Both the position numbers and the translations under genes were made by a program. Below the pieces are notes generated by a model that did not search any database, was not told the origin of the DNA, and was given only the letters and a program-made list of their open reading frames with translations. A DNA stretch of 49,923 bases from Psilocybe cubensis (lineage: Eukaryota): NCBI GenBank assembly GCA_017499595.2, contig CM039005.1, forward strand, positions 3,286,001 to 3,335,923. The letters run 5' to 3'. This document shows, piece after piece, positions 12,473 to 25,037 of the stretch (position 1 is its first letter; the number at the start of each line of letters is the position of its first letter).

Positions 12473-15400
12473 TGTGTACTATGTACCAATGTATCCACAA
12501 TTTTTGACATGTCCGACTTTCCTCAACACCGCAAAACTTAATTTTCACATTCAATCAAGTACTATAAATACTATTCTATCTATTCAGTGCTTCAAACTTA
12601 CCACAGAATGTTGCAGACAATGAAAATGTGGGATATACGCAATTTGAAGACCCGGCACAAATATTTCAAAAGTATCGCCATTTCCTCATCACAACGCACT
12701 GCCACCTCTTCAACTACGCATTCCATTATCTTCAAACGCACCTAAACACAATACTTTGCCGCAATGATGCTGTGAGCCGAAGGAAAATTAGCACCACATA
12801 CATCTCCTCCTCCCCCAAGTCACGAAATTACGCAATTTCAAACATTTGCTGCATCTAACTGACATTTAAACATTGCATAAATGAGACGGGTACCTCCGAA
12901 GGCAAGATGTAAAGAAGCTGGATGCAAGTCAATCGAAGTTGAACATGTATAAAAACATTACATTCCGTTTAGACGCACCTGGGCACAAAACGAGGAAATC
13001 TGGGTCTGCCATGAGGATCATGAATAAAATGAAGTTATACATTGGAGGAGATTATGTGAGATAAGATAAACGAGTCACTCACACGGCATCCAGATGAAAA
13101 TTGGGACTGGCATTCGTTAAGCGCCCAAAACGTCTCCAAGACGATACTTTCATATATTTAACACATAGCATCTCTATTTCCCCAAAATCAGTGACAAAGC
13201 AGTGCATTAGGAAGGGCAGAGGGATACATACATGATATACAGAGCTACAAGCCAGCTCCATGAACTTTGCAAGGAGGATGATGAGATCAGCGGATGCATG
13301 TCATCCGGTCTACTCCTCCAGCGCCAATTCCGCGTTTCTAGTGAAAAAAACACCGTTTCCTCGCATCTCGGGCAGTAATCACGTCATGCTGTCGTCAATA
13401 GACAAATGCCGTGAATATTCATACGAGATTGACGGAGACATGTTGATTGCAAGAATAGACTGAACTCAAGGTACGTGAGACACATACCTCTCAGTTCCTC
13501 TCGGTTCTCAACCTTAATCGTGGTTATGTACCGTATTGCATGAATAGGACGCAATATACCAAAGTCTCCTTGTGAGCGATGGGTATAGAGTAGAGAGTGT
13601 CTTTTGCTAAGCCACACAAAGCGTTCATTGTTACTGAATTATACACTGATATTAAAGTTTTAAATGGGCTTTTGTTAGGTCAAGCGTCATCCATAGAAAT
13701 GAGATATGCACTGGCTGACTCTTGAGCCACTGAGCTCACCGTTGCGCGCTTCGATGCTCTTTATTTCTTTGAACAATCAAAGGTACTTCCTGAAAAACTG
13801 ATTAAAACAACTATTTTTGACTGTTTCACAGTGTTTATAATATATTCAAGCACTTCAGGAGTACGGTTGCAAAACGACAGGGAGAGTGGGCTCTAGGTGA
13901 GTCTTTCAAGTTCCACTTTTGACCGCTCCCGCCCAGGAATCGTCTTCTAAGCATCCATTCGGAGTGGGGAACTGATATTACTCGCTATTCTTTCTCTCCT
14001 AGATGAAGGACTCCTTTTGAGCTGTCGTGCGCTGGTTGCAACTCACTGACGTTCTCGTCCTGGCCTTCGAAGATGATATGGGTGTTCTGTATGTCAACAT
14101 TGTTCTGACAGTCTGAAATTGCGCTGGAAATTCGAGTTGAACTGCGAAGCAATGAGCGGGTGTCAGCACAAATGCATTATCAAGGGGATGTAACTCACCG
14201 TCGCAGCCCACCACAGTTGAACACCTCGTCAGAACCATTGTCAACGGGACAATCAACATCACGGCTCACCGTTCGGTCAACATTCTGGGTGCCGCGCGGG
14301 TGCCGTGTTTGTCTTTGGGAGGAAAACTGTGCAACGGAAAAGGCGGAGTCAGTACGAGTGCGTCCATGAAGGGTTACAGCTCACCGTGGAGGTCACTCTG
14401 CGTTGTCATGACCTGCGGGGCACGTCGTCACTGCCGTTGTTGACAAGAAAGGCAGAAACTCAACTTACCAGATGCCATTGACTCCACCAACGACGAGGGA
14501 TCACCGACTGCCGACAAGGTGGGGGTGGACATGACTCGAGCATGTCGTTGACGTGCTGGTGTTACGTGGCTGCGATTGGAAGGCGTCAGCAACATCCCGC
14601 CGTCAAGAAAGCACCGCTCACCATATCAAGACTGGACACCGAGTCCTTGTCATTGTCATCAGTGCTGCCATTGACAGAGTACTGCGGCTTACCATTGGTT
14701 TCAACATTCTGGGCGTCGTCTGCCTGTCGTGCACGTCTTGCGAGGTGGAAATGCGCATCGTCAACGCTGCTCTCGATAGATACCGTCGGGCCCACAACAC
14801 GGACATGCCATTCAATGCGCACAGTACTCACCGCGCCGTTGTGTTGGGATGCCAGAGCGTTAGGGTCGTTCTGTCCAGGTGCGTCGTCCGCATTCTAGAA
14901 AGCACTACACGGTAAAGAGGGGTCAGTCCCGGCGTTTCAGAAGGGATACACCTCACCGTCGTGTCGCGCTCCATTCTGCATCCTCAAGTCTGTCAAACAC
15001 ACCGTCAGCGCCGTTGTTGACAGCAGACACAACAGCCCGCTTACCATTCCCAAGCAGCCGCCATGCGAATCCACAAACAATGGGGGGAAGAATTGGAAAG
15101 AGGCCAAGGCTGAGGAGGCAGAGAAGAGGAGGGGATGAGGCTTGAGGGGAATGAAGAAATCCAGCAAGGTGCGTGGTCTTTATATACCCGTGTCGGTTCT
15201 AGCACTAGTGTTACTAGTACGCCTTGTTGCATGTCGTATGTACTGAAAATACAGATTTTTTTTTTCGTTTCTGTGTTCGCTTAGTGTGGTTTTGGGTTAC
15301 GCGAGTGCAGATTGGGTCTTGAGATTGGGAACTGAATGGTTCCCCAAGGTGTAACGTTGGAATAACAAGAATGCGAGGGCAGGGTGGTGTGCGTAGTGCA

Positions 15401-17783
15401 CATATTGTTTGGATAAATCATGTGTATTGCGAATCCGGGTGTTCATTCTGTTCATGTGATACGTTCGATAGGAAACTCGTTCATGTTGCATCCATTTGAG
15501 TCGTGCAATCAAAGTGAGTATCGATGTAATCCATCTCCCAGTGCTCAAGTGGTGATATAGCTCAAACTCTTCAGAATCGCACCATGCACAAAAAACAAGA
15601 GTCGATAAAATCACCACTGAATCTCTCGCAACCATCTTCAAAATCAAGAAACATTCAATGACTCGGGAACAGGTACGTACACATAGCCCTCGAACCATAT
15701 GTACTTGACGGTGAACTTGCGTTCTGGCACTCCCGGTGTGCGGACATTTGCTTTGGAGTCGATACGGGAAATCCATCTTCTGCACAGCGACAAATTGAAC
15801 GCCGCGATTCCTTCTAGCAAATCTGACGTTAACCGTAGCCGAGAGTGTTTGGGATAGTGTAGATACGGATCCGAATTGAAGGGAAACGATTGGAATGGGG
15901 GTGAATGTTGATTCGGGAGAGGAGGCGGATGTCCGGTTGGGTTGGATCTGGTTGGGGAATTTGAGATGTTCTGTTGGCTGGGTGGTTGGGGTGGGTGAGG
16001 TAGGCCTATGTAGACTCCTGTCAGATATGGGTATAGGTATGTGAGTGCTATTTATACTGTTATTTGCATCGTGTGCAAAAATGCGCATTCTCGGCGCTTA
16101 ACTGATGGTGATTCGAAAAGCAAAGTTGCACATTGCACATCGGGCACAGTATTTTTCAGAGACCTCTGTACAGTTAAGTTAATACTAATACATCTAATTA
16201 GGGGTTAAACTACATTGACAACGATGTATTCTAGGTAAAAACGTCATTTGAGAGATGAGGGCATTGAAATCATGACTTTGCCCGACAATACGAACTTAGA
16301 CAAAGATTTCCGGCCAATAACCCTTTATTCAGGCATTAATAGCAGTCCTACAGCACACCAAGCATACTCCAATGCTCCAAGTGCCGGAAAAGACGCAGAA
16401 TCGACGTAGAACGACGCGCCACGTCTACTGCATCCCATACATCCTCGAGAGCCGATGTTGTTGCTCTCATTTCGCGGACCTTCTAGGTTGTGTAACAGCA
16501 GTTTAGCCGAGCCAAATAGGTCCCTGTTAGCTTCCGAAAAGACCAGCAACGAGAAAATACATTGGAATTAGCATGGAATTGCGACATGGGAGAGTGGGAG
16601 GATGTGGACATGTACGTGAGTTCAAATTTTTAATGAAATTTTTGTGATCCCTCACTTGGAACGGATGAAGCGAGTAGTACAGGGTGTAATTTATAGTCCC
16701 ATAATGGATATGCAGCTGTGTAATGGTTTTGGAAGTGAGGTATATACACATTTCTGTCTGATTTTGTTGAGAATGTATTCGGGCGCTTAATACTTTTTGA
16801 CATCTGCAACTTTGCTCAGTCGTGCAGCGCTCGATTCAAACATTGTACAAGGTACTGTACACTACAGTATACATCTCCAATACTCAAAATCTGCAATAAA
16901 TATGTCCAGACAACGAAAATGGGTGTTTTACGTGCATTCACACCTCAGCGGGAACATGTCAAAGTTTCAGTCATTTCCGCTCCACCACGGACCGTCAACT
17001 CTTCAACAACGTATCCGAACATTTATAGAAGTATGCTAAACCCTATAAAATAGCATAAATGATGCAAACGGCCTCGGTACGTCTGCCACGTCGTTTCTAG
17101 GAGCTTGCAAGGTATGTGACCGAGTACGTCTTCCAGAGACGTTCTGGGCTCTTGAGAACCGAATTGAAACGTTATTCGTTAAACGAGCAGTATTGTAACA
17201 GTCTATATTAAGGTCTGTAAGGAATGAAAACGATTGAAAGCACGTAAACTGATGAATCGGGGGAGAAGGAAGATGTCAACGTTGTGAACATCTTAGAGTT
17301 TGTTTCTTGTTGTATTCACTTGCGCTCGGTGTGGTGTAATTTATATGTCCTGGTACAGGTTACTAGCTACACGTATGTGGTATGTACTGTGTCAAACTGT
17401 AAACTGTGTGGAAATGGAGGTTTGTGGGGCATAATTCATGTTTACATTCAATTTCACTTCAAATTCAACTTGTTTATGTAACAACGAATGCATTGACTAA
17501 TCCTATCCATATTTACTGGTCTATAGATCTTTTAAAGCTATGGTAAACGCCCAAACTCTCCGGAACTTCATGCCACGTCATTGGTTTTCCTCCAATCGTC
17601 TCGCAGTTTCACCTCAAAATCAAAGTTATTATGGCGCGGAATAGCCTAAACACTAGCCGCATTGGAGCTAAACATGCCAGTGGGTCAATCTAAGCTCAAA
17701 TTTTTCACATAGAAGCCGACCAAGGGGGCGGGAGCTTGTATACAGTATGTTTCACCATACAATTATAACAACACAATGTAGCA

Positions 17784-19406
17784 CCTAGGCTTATTCCCCC
17801 CCGAAGGGGGGGCCTTCGTTGCATTGGGCCTCCTGTTCAGAATTCCTGAAATCTGATGCCAGATTCGGATTCCTGGACCCCAAAAACCCCCAAATACACT
17901 TTCAAAATATTTTATTTTGTACATACGGAGGTGCTACGTAATTAAATGTGTAATTTATGGAGGCCGGCCTCCAAATTGATGGAGGCCACTGGAGGCCGGC
18001 CTCCGTCTAAAAATAACTTTTGACAGGCACTGGAGGCCGGCCTCCGTCTAAAAATAAATTTTTGACAGGCACTGGAGGCCGGCCTCCCGCCTGTCTCCCG
18101 ATGCCAGCGCTCGCCGTCCCAAAGCTTGCGCTCGCCGTCCCAACGCCAGCGCTCGCCGTCCCAAAGCTTGCGCTCGCCGTCCCAACGCCAGCGCTCGCCG
18201 TCCCAACGCTTGCGCTCGCCGTCTGCCCGACGCCTGCGCTTGCCGCTGCATGTTGTTGCGCTGCCACCTCCGGGCCGCTGCTGCTGCCGCCACCTCCACT
18301 CGACGCCTGTCGTTCAGCCGTCACCGCGTGTCATCCCGCCGTCGCCGCCTGTCGTCACGACGTCACCGCGCGTCATCCCGCCGTCGCGTCTAGTCGCCGC
18401 CCACCACAACACGCACTCTGCTGCGTGTTGTTGCGCCGCCACACCCGTGCCGCTGCTGCTGCTGCCGCCTCTCCTCGTCCCCTGTCATGCCGCTGCCGCC
18501 TTCCCTCGCCGCCTGTCATTCCGCCGTCAGCGCGTGTCGTCCCGCCGTCGCCGCCTGTCGTCCCGCCTTCGCGTCCACTCGCCGCCCACCACAACACGCA
18601 CTCTGCTGCGTGTTGTTGCGCCGTCACACCGGACCGCCGCTGCCACTGCCGCCTTCCCTCGCCGCCTGTCATTCCGCCGTCAGCGCGTGACGTCCCGCCG
18701 TCGCCGTCTGTCGTTCAGCCGTCACCGCGTGTCATCCCGTCGTCGCCGCCTGTCGTCACGACGTCACCGCGCGTCGTCCCGCCGTCGCGTCTAGTCGCCG
18801 CCCACCACAACACGCACTCTGCTGCGTGTTGTTGCGCCGTCACACCGGACCGCCGCTGCCGCTGCCGCCTGCCTCGCCGCCTGTCATTCCGCTGTCAACG
18901 CCTGTCGTCCCGCCGTCGCCGCCTGTCGTCCCGCCGTCGCCGCCTGTCGTCACGACGTCACCGCGCGTCGTCCCGCCGTCGCGTCTAGTCGCCGCCCACC
19001 ACGACACGCACTCTGCTGCGTGTTGTTGCGCCGCCACACCGGGCCGCCGCTGCCGCTGCCGCCTGCCTCGCCGCCTGTCATTCCGCTGTCAACGCCTGTC
19101 GTCCCGCCGTCGCCGCCTGTCGTCCCGCCGTCGCCGCCTGTCGTCCCGCCGTCGCCGCCTATCGTCCCGCCGTCGCCGCCTGTCGTCACAACGTCACCGC
19201 GCGTCGTCCCGCCGTCGCGTCCACTCGCCGCCCACCACGACACGCACTCTGCTGCGTGTTGTTGCGCCGCCACACCGGGCCGCCGCTGCCACTGCCCGCC
19301 TCCCCTCCCCGCCTGTCATTCCGCCGTCGCCGCCTGTCGTCCCGCCGTCGCCGCCTGTCGCTGCCGCCGCGCTGCCTCTACTCGCCTCCTGTCGCTGCCA
19401 TTTCGC
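17784..19406. repeat. GC-rich composite repeat (duplicated copy)
   Basis: Copy of 3870-5470 with one more 21-bp unit. Confidence 0.85.
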
Positions 19407-19638
19407 TGTTTTGTCTTTGATACACCTCGGCCTTGCTGTACTGTAATTTTGTTAGATTTTTTATAACTAGTCATCTTACCCTGATATCAACTTGTATATA
19501 TCTCACGCGAGCTCTCTTGTGTAGACACCAAAAAATAAATTTATATGACATTTTGAACAAAAAAACACGCATATATCTACATATTTTTGTTAGAATGGGC
19601 TATTCTTAAATGAAAAAACACTTACATTGACAATGTAA

Positions 19639-20336
19639 CTACAGGCCTGGGCGAACACGATAAGTTGGCACCACCGGTACGTGCCCGTTGACAAAGGCCT
19701 GAGCTCGTTGAGACGCTGCCGCCAGAAGCTTCCTACTGGGAGGAGTGCCGCGCAATATTGATTTCCATTGCACTCTTGTTAATGGCTGGGCCTGCCGAGT
19801 GCGGATGTCTTCTACGCGTTCACGGTACCATGCCTCGTTGGCAGGCGTCCATTCCACCCATTGTGATCCGTTCATGCTGGAGGGCACCTGCCACAGGTTC
19901 GGGGGAGGGAACCACGATTTTACAGTTATTTGACCTTTAGTAGCTGAGAAAAATGTTGTTAGTGCATAAAATTGAGAATAAACAAGGAAAACATACCTGT
20001 GTACAGCGTGTAGGTGCCGCATATAATGGACAGCTCGTTCTCCGTGAGCTGGTCGTCGCAATAACACCAAGTCGTGTCGCCAGCTGGCACGATGAACCCC
20101 TGCCGGTTCTGAATGATTTCCTTAGAGGGGCCAGCCAGCCCATCGTCGACGCTCAGAAACTCACTGGCTATCCTACCCACCAATCCACCCCTCAGCAAGG
20201 CAGCCCGACCGTGTTGTTGGTGTTTGATGATGTTCTCGCATTGCAATCGGTATGCTTCGAAGTCATCAACGCCAAATTTGTACGCTGACGGGCGGACAGA
20301 TCGAGGGGTGTATGGCTCCTGGACAGTGGAGCAGGG
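19639..20336 (-). pseudogene. Duplicate of the telomere-truncated hypothetical gene
   Basis: Matches 5703-6400. Confidence 0.7.
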
Positions 20337-20371
20337 TTTAGGGTTTAGGGTTTAGGGTTTAGGGTTTAGGG
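20333..20371 (+). repeat. Telomeric tract at the base of the retroelement array
   Basis: Duplicate of 6397-6435. Confidence 0.92.
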
Positions 20372-20438
20372 GGGGAGCGAGCACCGAGCGAAGCGAGGTG
20401 CGAGCGACTATTTAAACTGTGAGTTAAAATGAAAGAAG

Positions 20439-20501
20439 GCCAGAGGGCTGTTGGGGGATCCCAACAACCAGCCCTTTCGTCTTTATAGACTCTTCAGTGG
20501 C
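20439..20501 (-). ncRNA. Type I hammerhead ribozyme
   Basis: Same motif as 6503-6565. Confidence 0.88.
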
Positions 20502-21212
20502 TATTCTTAGAAGGAATGTTCTAGACATCCGATGACAGCGCGTGAAGTGATGCTGCGCAGCTGTCATGTATCTTACCGACTATCACAAATCTGTCAATGT
20601 TTATTGTCAAGTTAGACAGGTCTCTGATGAACAGAGTGTCACGGGTCGATGTGGCACATGGTAACCTGTCAAAAGTGGATCCAACACTTTTGTTCTTTGA
20701 CATCGTGGGTTATTGACTGTGATGTGAATCACATGGATATAGATTACTCTGGTTACGTGGCTCCGAGTAACCGCGACATGGGAATATTCACATGTCTAGA
20801 GTATAAATAGCTTACCTGGGTCCTTACCTAACAATCAAACAATAGAATGATTGATTGTTGTGAATCTTAATTGGACAGTTCATGATCCGGTCCATCAAAA
20901 ATGTTTCCACGGTACTAAGGAACTTTTCCCGAAGTACTAAGTAACTTTTCCCATGTACTAAATTAGATCCGGCCCTTCACAATCACATGCCGTTCGGAAG
21001 TTCACACGCCTACCTTACTTCCTACTAAGGTTAGACTTAGTTAGCTTAGGGTTGGGGTTAGGTTAGGGTTTAGGGTTTAGGGTTTAGGGTTTAGGTTTAG
21101 CTATTTAATCCAAAGTGTTGCTTGTAAGTAGATGTTTGTTACTTTATAGCAAGGAATACTTACGGTTAGGGTTTTTTTCTAATGCTTTACGCCTTACGCG
21201 CTAGTATTCTTT

Positions 21213-24161
21213 TCATCGGTTGTAAGATTTGGATATTCTGCCGAATTCTGGATGTTCCCTCTCTTGTGAGATTGAACGTCTATGAAGTATTATCTCGTTA
21301 TCACTTTCGATACTTATCTGTTCAGCAGCTTCAACTAGAGCAGAATGATAAGTTTCATTAACGTTTTGAGTTTCGGGAACAACACCACCTTTTTCAGCGA
21401 TGTTTTCATCCAGTTTACGAAAGACTGTTTTCTTCCACACATTTGCAAGGTCGAAAAGATTAGTATTGCGCTTTCGCGATACTATCCAACGACTTCCGAG
21501 TAGTCCTATCTTCCTCAAATCCGGTACGAACTCAGTTTCTCCGTCCACGAGGATCTGTGTGAACAGCTCCGGGCGAACATCATCGAGGTCGTGAACGTAA
21601 TTTGGATCTGGTTTGATAAGGGGTCTGGACGAGTCTGCACTATACAGACCTTTCTCGGCATGTTCATACCATGCCGACCAGTACTCGGTAACAGTCTTTC
21701 CAAGTTCAGCAGCTGAAAACCAATTCCATACCTGATCAAATCTGGTTTTAAGTACAAGAATGGATTCGTCGTGCTCTGCGACTCGTAAAGCGAATCGCTT
21801 TTCCCAACGTTCTTGTATATTCTTCTTACACCAAGACATGACTAGGTTTTCGGGATAACCGCGCATCAAATAGAGAGCGTTAAGGTCTCTAATTGCTCCG
21901 ATGTAGATTTCCTTGGTACTACATAGCACGGCTAACCTGGATAACTCTCCAATGTAGACGCCACGTTTGACGTCCAAAGGATGATTTGATACCCATGGAA
22001 CTCGTTCTCGGTTGTTTCCTGTCTTGACAAATGGCTTCCAATGAAGTTTTCCAGACTCCTTGAATATGAAAGCATCGAGAAATTGACATCCCGACGAGGA
22101 AACAGCCCATTCGATAACACAACCATCGAACTTTATTGTTTCTTTAATAAGATTAAGTGCAAGTGCTTCGGACTCGGCGTAAACAATTGCGAAACAATCG
22201 TCGATGTACCTTCCATAGAAGGCCACGTTTGGGTGGTCTAAGATTTTTGACTTTATTTCAAAATGGGCTCCAAAGAGGTTAGCAAGGTCCGGAGAATCCG
22301 CGACGCCCATTGCGAGGCCATTTTTTTGTCTAAAATATCTAGACCCATGTTGTGTTATCAATTGCGTATTGCCAATCTCGATAGCACGTTTAAAGATGCC
22401 CAATTTAACCAAGTTATTCTCTAACGAATTTGGATTAATATGGGCTAATGCAGTGTTTTCTTCCGAAGCGTTGAGTAACCATTCCTCGTACATATTACAA
22501 ACGATTTCGATGCACAAGTCCAACGGAATATTGGGATAGAAAGCAACTACATCCCCGGTGACAAAATACCATTGTCGTTTGGGGTCTATACGCAATTGGC
22601 TTAATCTCGTAAAGAGATCCTTCGTTCCGTGAATGATTGAAGGAGTCGATTTAATAATCGGCTTAAGCTCTTTTGATACAAACTTGGCTGCAGGATTAAA
22701 TACTACAGAGTGACACGGAATTATGGGCCTAAATCCAGTAGGTTTTTTGTGGATTTTAGGTATACCATGAAATTGAGGATACTTGAACGATGATCCGTCT
22801 TCCGGTACATTCGATAGAAAGAATCGAGACAACCCAAGTTCAAATAGAAACAGATGTTCATCTTCGACGGTACGTGCAAGAGTTTGCATCTGGATCATTT
22901 TGCTCTTCATTACTTCTTGCGCAACTTCGAATTCTAGCTCTTCGTAATTACGTTCATCTTCAAGAAGATTGAGCTCATTCCTTAATATCCAGTCGCGTTC
23001 AGACACCGCGAGGCCAAGATTCTTATCTGTCATCGTAATAACATAGTTGTTATCGATAAGAAACTTTTGGATCTTGTCCCTTTTAGGAGAGAACGCGTGC
23101 TTTCGCATCTCCTTGAGGGCTTCTTCCGGGATACTTGCGATCGTTTTAATAACGTACCGACGTCCCATTGAAAGGCCAAGTTCCATAAATTGCGGTAATA
23201 CAGGAGGTTTTTCTTTTTTCTTAGAACTTACTCCATAATCTGGATCAAAAGGTTTATTCATGCCTTCTTTAAACAAAAAATAGATACGCCATCTTATTCT
23301 TCGTTGAAAATCATTCCATGCTTGCATGATCAGACTTTGAGAAGGCAGTGTGAAAAACATATAATTTAAACCGAGAGATAAGTCGTTTGCTACATCAACC
23401 GGAACTACAACACCAGGACTACAATGTACACTAGATCTATACTGGCCAGCCAATAAGAAAGAAATTGGGGTATTGAGGTGTACAAATGAAACTGCGTCTG
23501 TTTTAGTCATGGTGAGTATATCGTCAGGAATAGAGTTAGGGAATGCGGGTCTTACCGACGTAAAAGGTACTACATTAGACCGCGCGTTTAGGCTCTTGCC
23601 TTTCCCTTTCCCTTTGGATCGTTGTTCTTGACGGGAGCTCTCCCCTTCCCTTTCTTCTTGTTGTCGACCTTGTTGGAAGCCTTGGTTTGAGGCTTGCGTT
23701 GCGAAGGCGTCGACGACGACTTGGGTTTCGAAGGGCCAGTTTTCTTGGCCTGAGGTTGAGGAGCCTTGGACGAACTCTGGCCAGACGAAGTCTGGGTAAT
23801 TAGAATAATAATTAGTATCCAAAGTTATGGGTGAAGGGTTACGAAAACCTGCCTTCTTGCCCACATATCCAAGGTTGAGCTTCTTAAGACGTGCATTCAA
23901 GCCCTTATCAATAAGGGATTGAATCGACGGACCTGGTTTGGTCGCGTCGGCCATCTCGACATCGGCTGTAGCCGCGGTCGACCGCTTTTTCTCAATCTTA
24001 ATTGCCAAAGTGCGGTGGCGCAATTTGACAATTTGTTTGATATGAGAAAAGATAGCCGGCAGTATAGTTTGCAGCGCACTGCATTCGGCTTTCTTTTGCG
24101 GAGACACTACCCACTCTGCTATGCGTCGCACTCCCTTGTTGTCTGTAGAGAAAACAGGGAG
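21213..24161 (-). pseudogene. 5'-truncated Penelope-like RT ORF (about 195 N-terminal codons missing, frame otherwise open)
   Basis: The 972-aa ORF call starts at an internal GTG and is collinear with the full-length copies up to the telomeric tract. Confidence 0.88.
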
Positions 24162-24266
24162 TTTTAGGGTTTAGGGTTTAGGGTTTAGGGGTTTTAGGGG
24201 GGGAGCGAGCACCGAGCGAAGCGAGGTGCGAGCGACTAGTTTAAACTGGGAGTTAAATGGAAAGTA

Positions 24267-24329
24267 GCCAGAGGGCTGTTGGGGGATCCCAACAACCAGC
24301 CCTTTCGTCTTTATAGACTCTTCAGTGGC
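24267..24329 (-). ncRNA. Type I hammerhead ribozyme
   Basis: Same core; stem I extended to UAGCCA/UGGCUA. Confidence 0.9.
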
Positions 24330-25037
24330 TATTCTTAGAAGGAATGTTCTAGACATCCGATGACAGCGCGTGAAGTGATGCTGCGCAGCTGTCATGTATC
24401 TTACCGACTATCACAAATCTGTCAATGTTTATTGTCAAGTTAGACAGGTTTCTGATGAACAGAGTGTCACGGGTCGATGTGGCACATGGTAACCTGTCAA
24501 AAGTGGATCCAACACTTTTGTTCTTTGACATTGTGGGTTATTGACTGTGATGTGAATCACATGGATATAGAGTACTCTGGTTACGTGGCTCCGAGTAACC
24601 GCGACATGGGAATATTCACATGTCTAGAGTATAAATAGCTTACCTGGGTCCTTACCTAACAATCAAATGATTGATTGTTGTGAATCTTAATTGGACAGTT
24701 CATGATCCGGTCCATCAAAAATGTTTCCACGGTACTAAGGAACTTTTCCCGAAGTACTAAGTAACTTTTCCCATGTACTAAATTAGATCCGGCCCTTCAC
24801 AATCACATCCGTTCGGAAGTTCACACGCCTACCTTACTTCCTACTAAGGTTAGACTTAGTTAGCTTAGGGTTGGGGTTAGGTTAGGGCTTAGGGTTTAGG
24901 GTTTAGGGTTTAGGTTTAGGTTTAGCTATTTAATCCAATGTGTTGCTTGTAAGTAGATGTTTGTTACTTTGTAGCAAGGAATACTTACGGTTAGGGTTTT
25001 TTTCTAATGCTTTACGCCTTACGCGCTAGTATTCTTT

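Larger units (their letters stand above)
13915..21024 (+). repeat. Segmental duplication, copy 2
   Basis: Begins acttttgaccgctcccgccc at 13915, as at position 1. Confidence 0.95.
20369..24161 (-). mobile_element. Element copy A, 5'-truncated
   Basis: Terminal module plus ORF that stops at ...aaaacagggag|ttttaggg; other copies continue cttgtag/cttatag. Confidence 0.9.
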
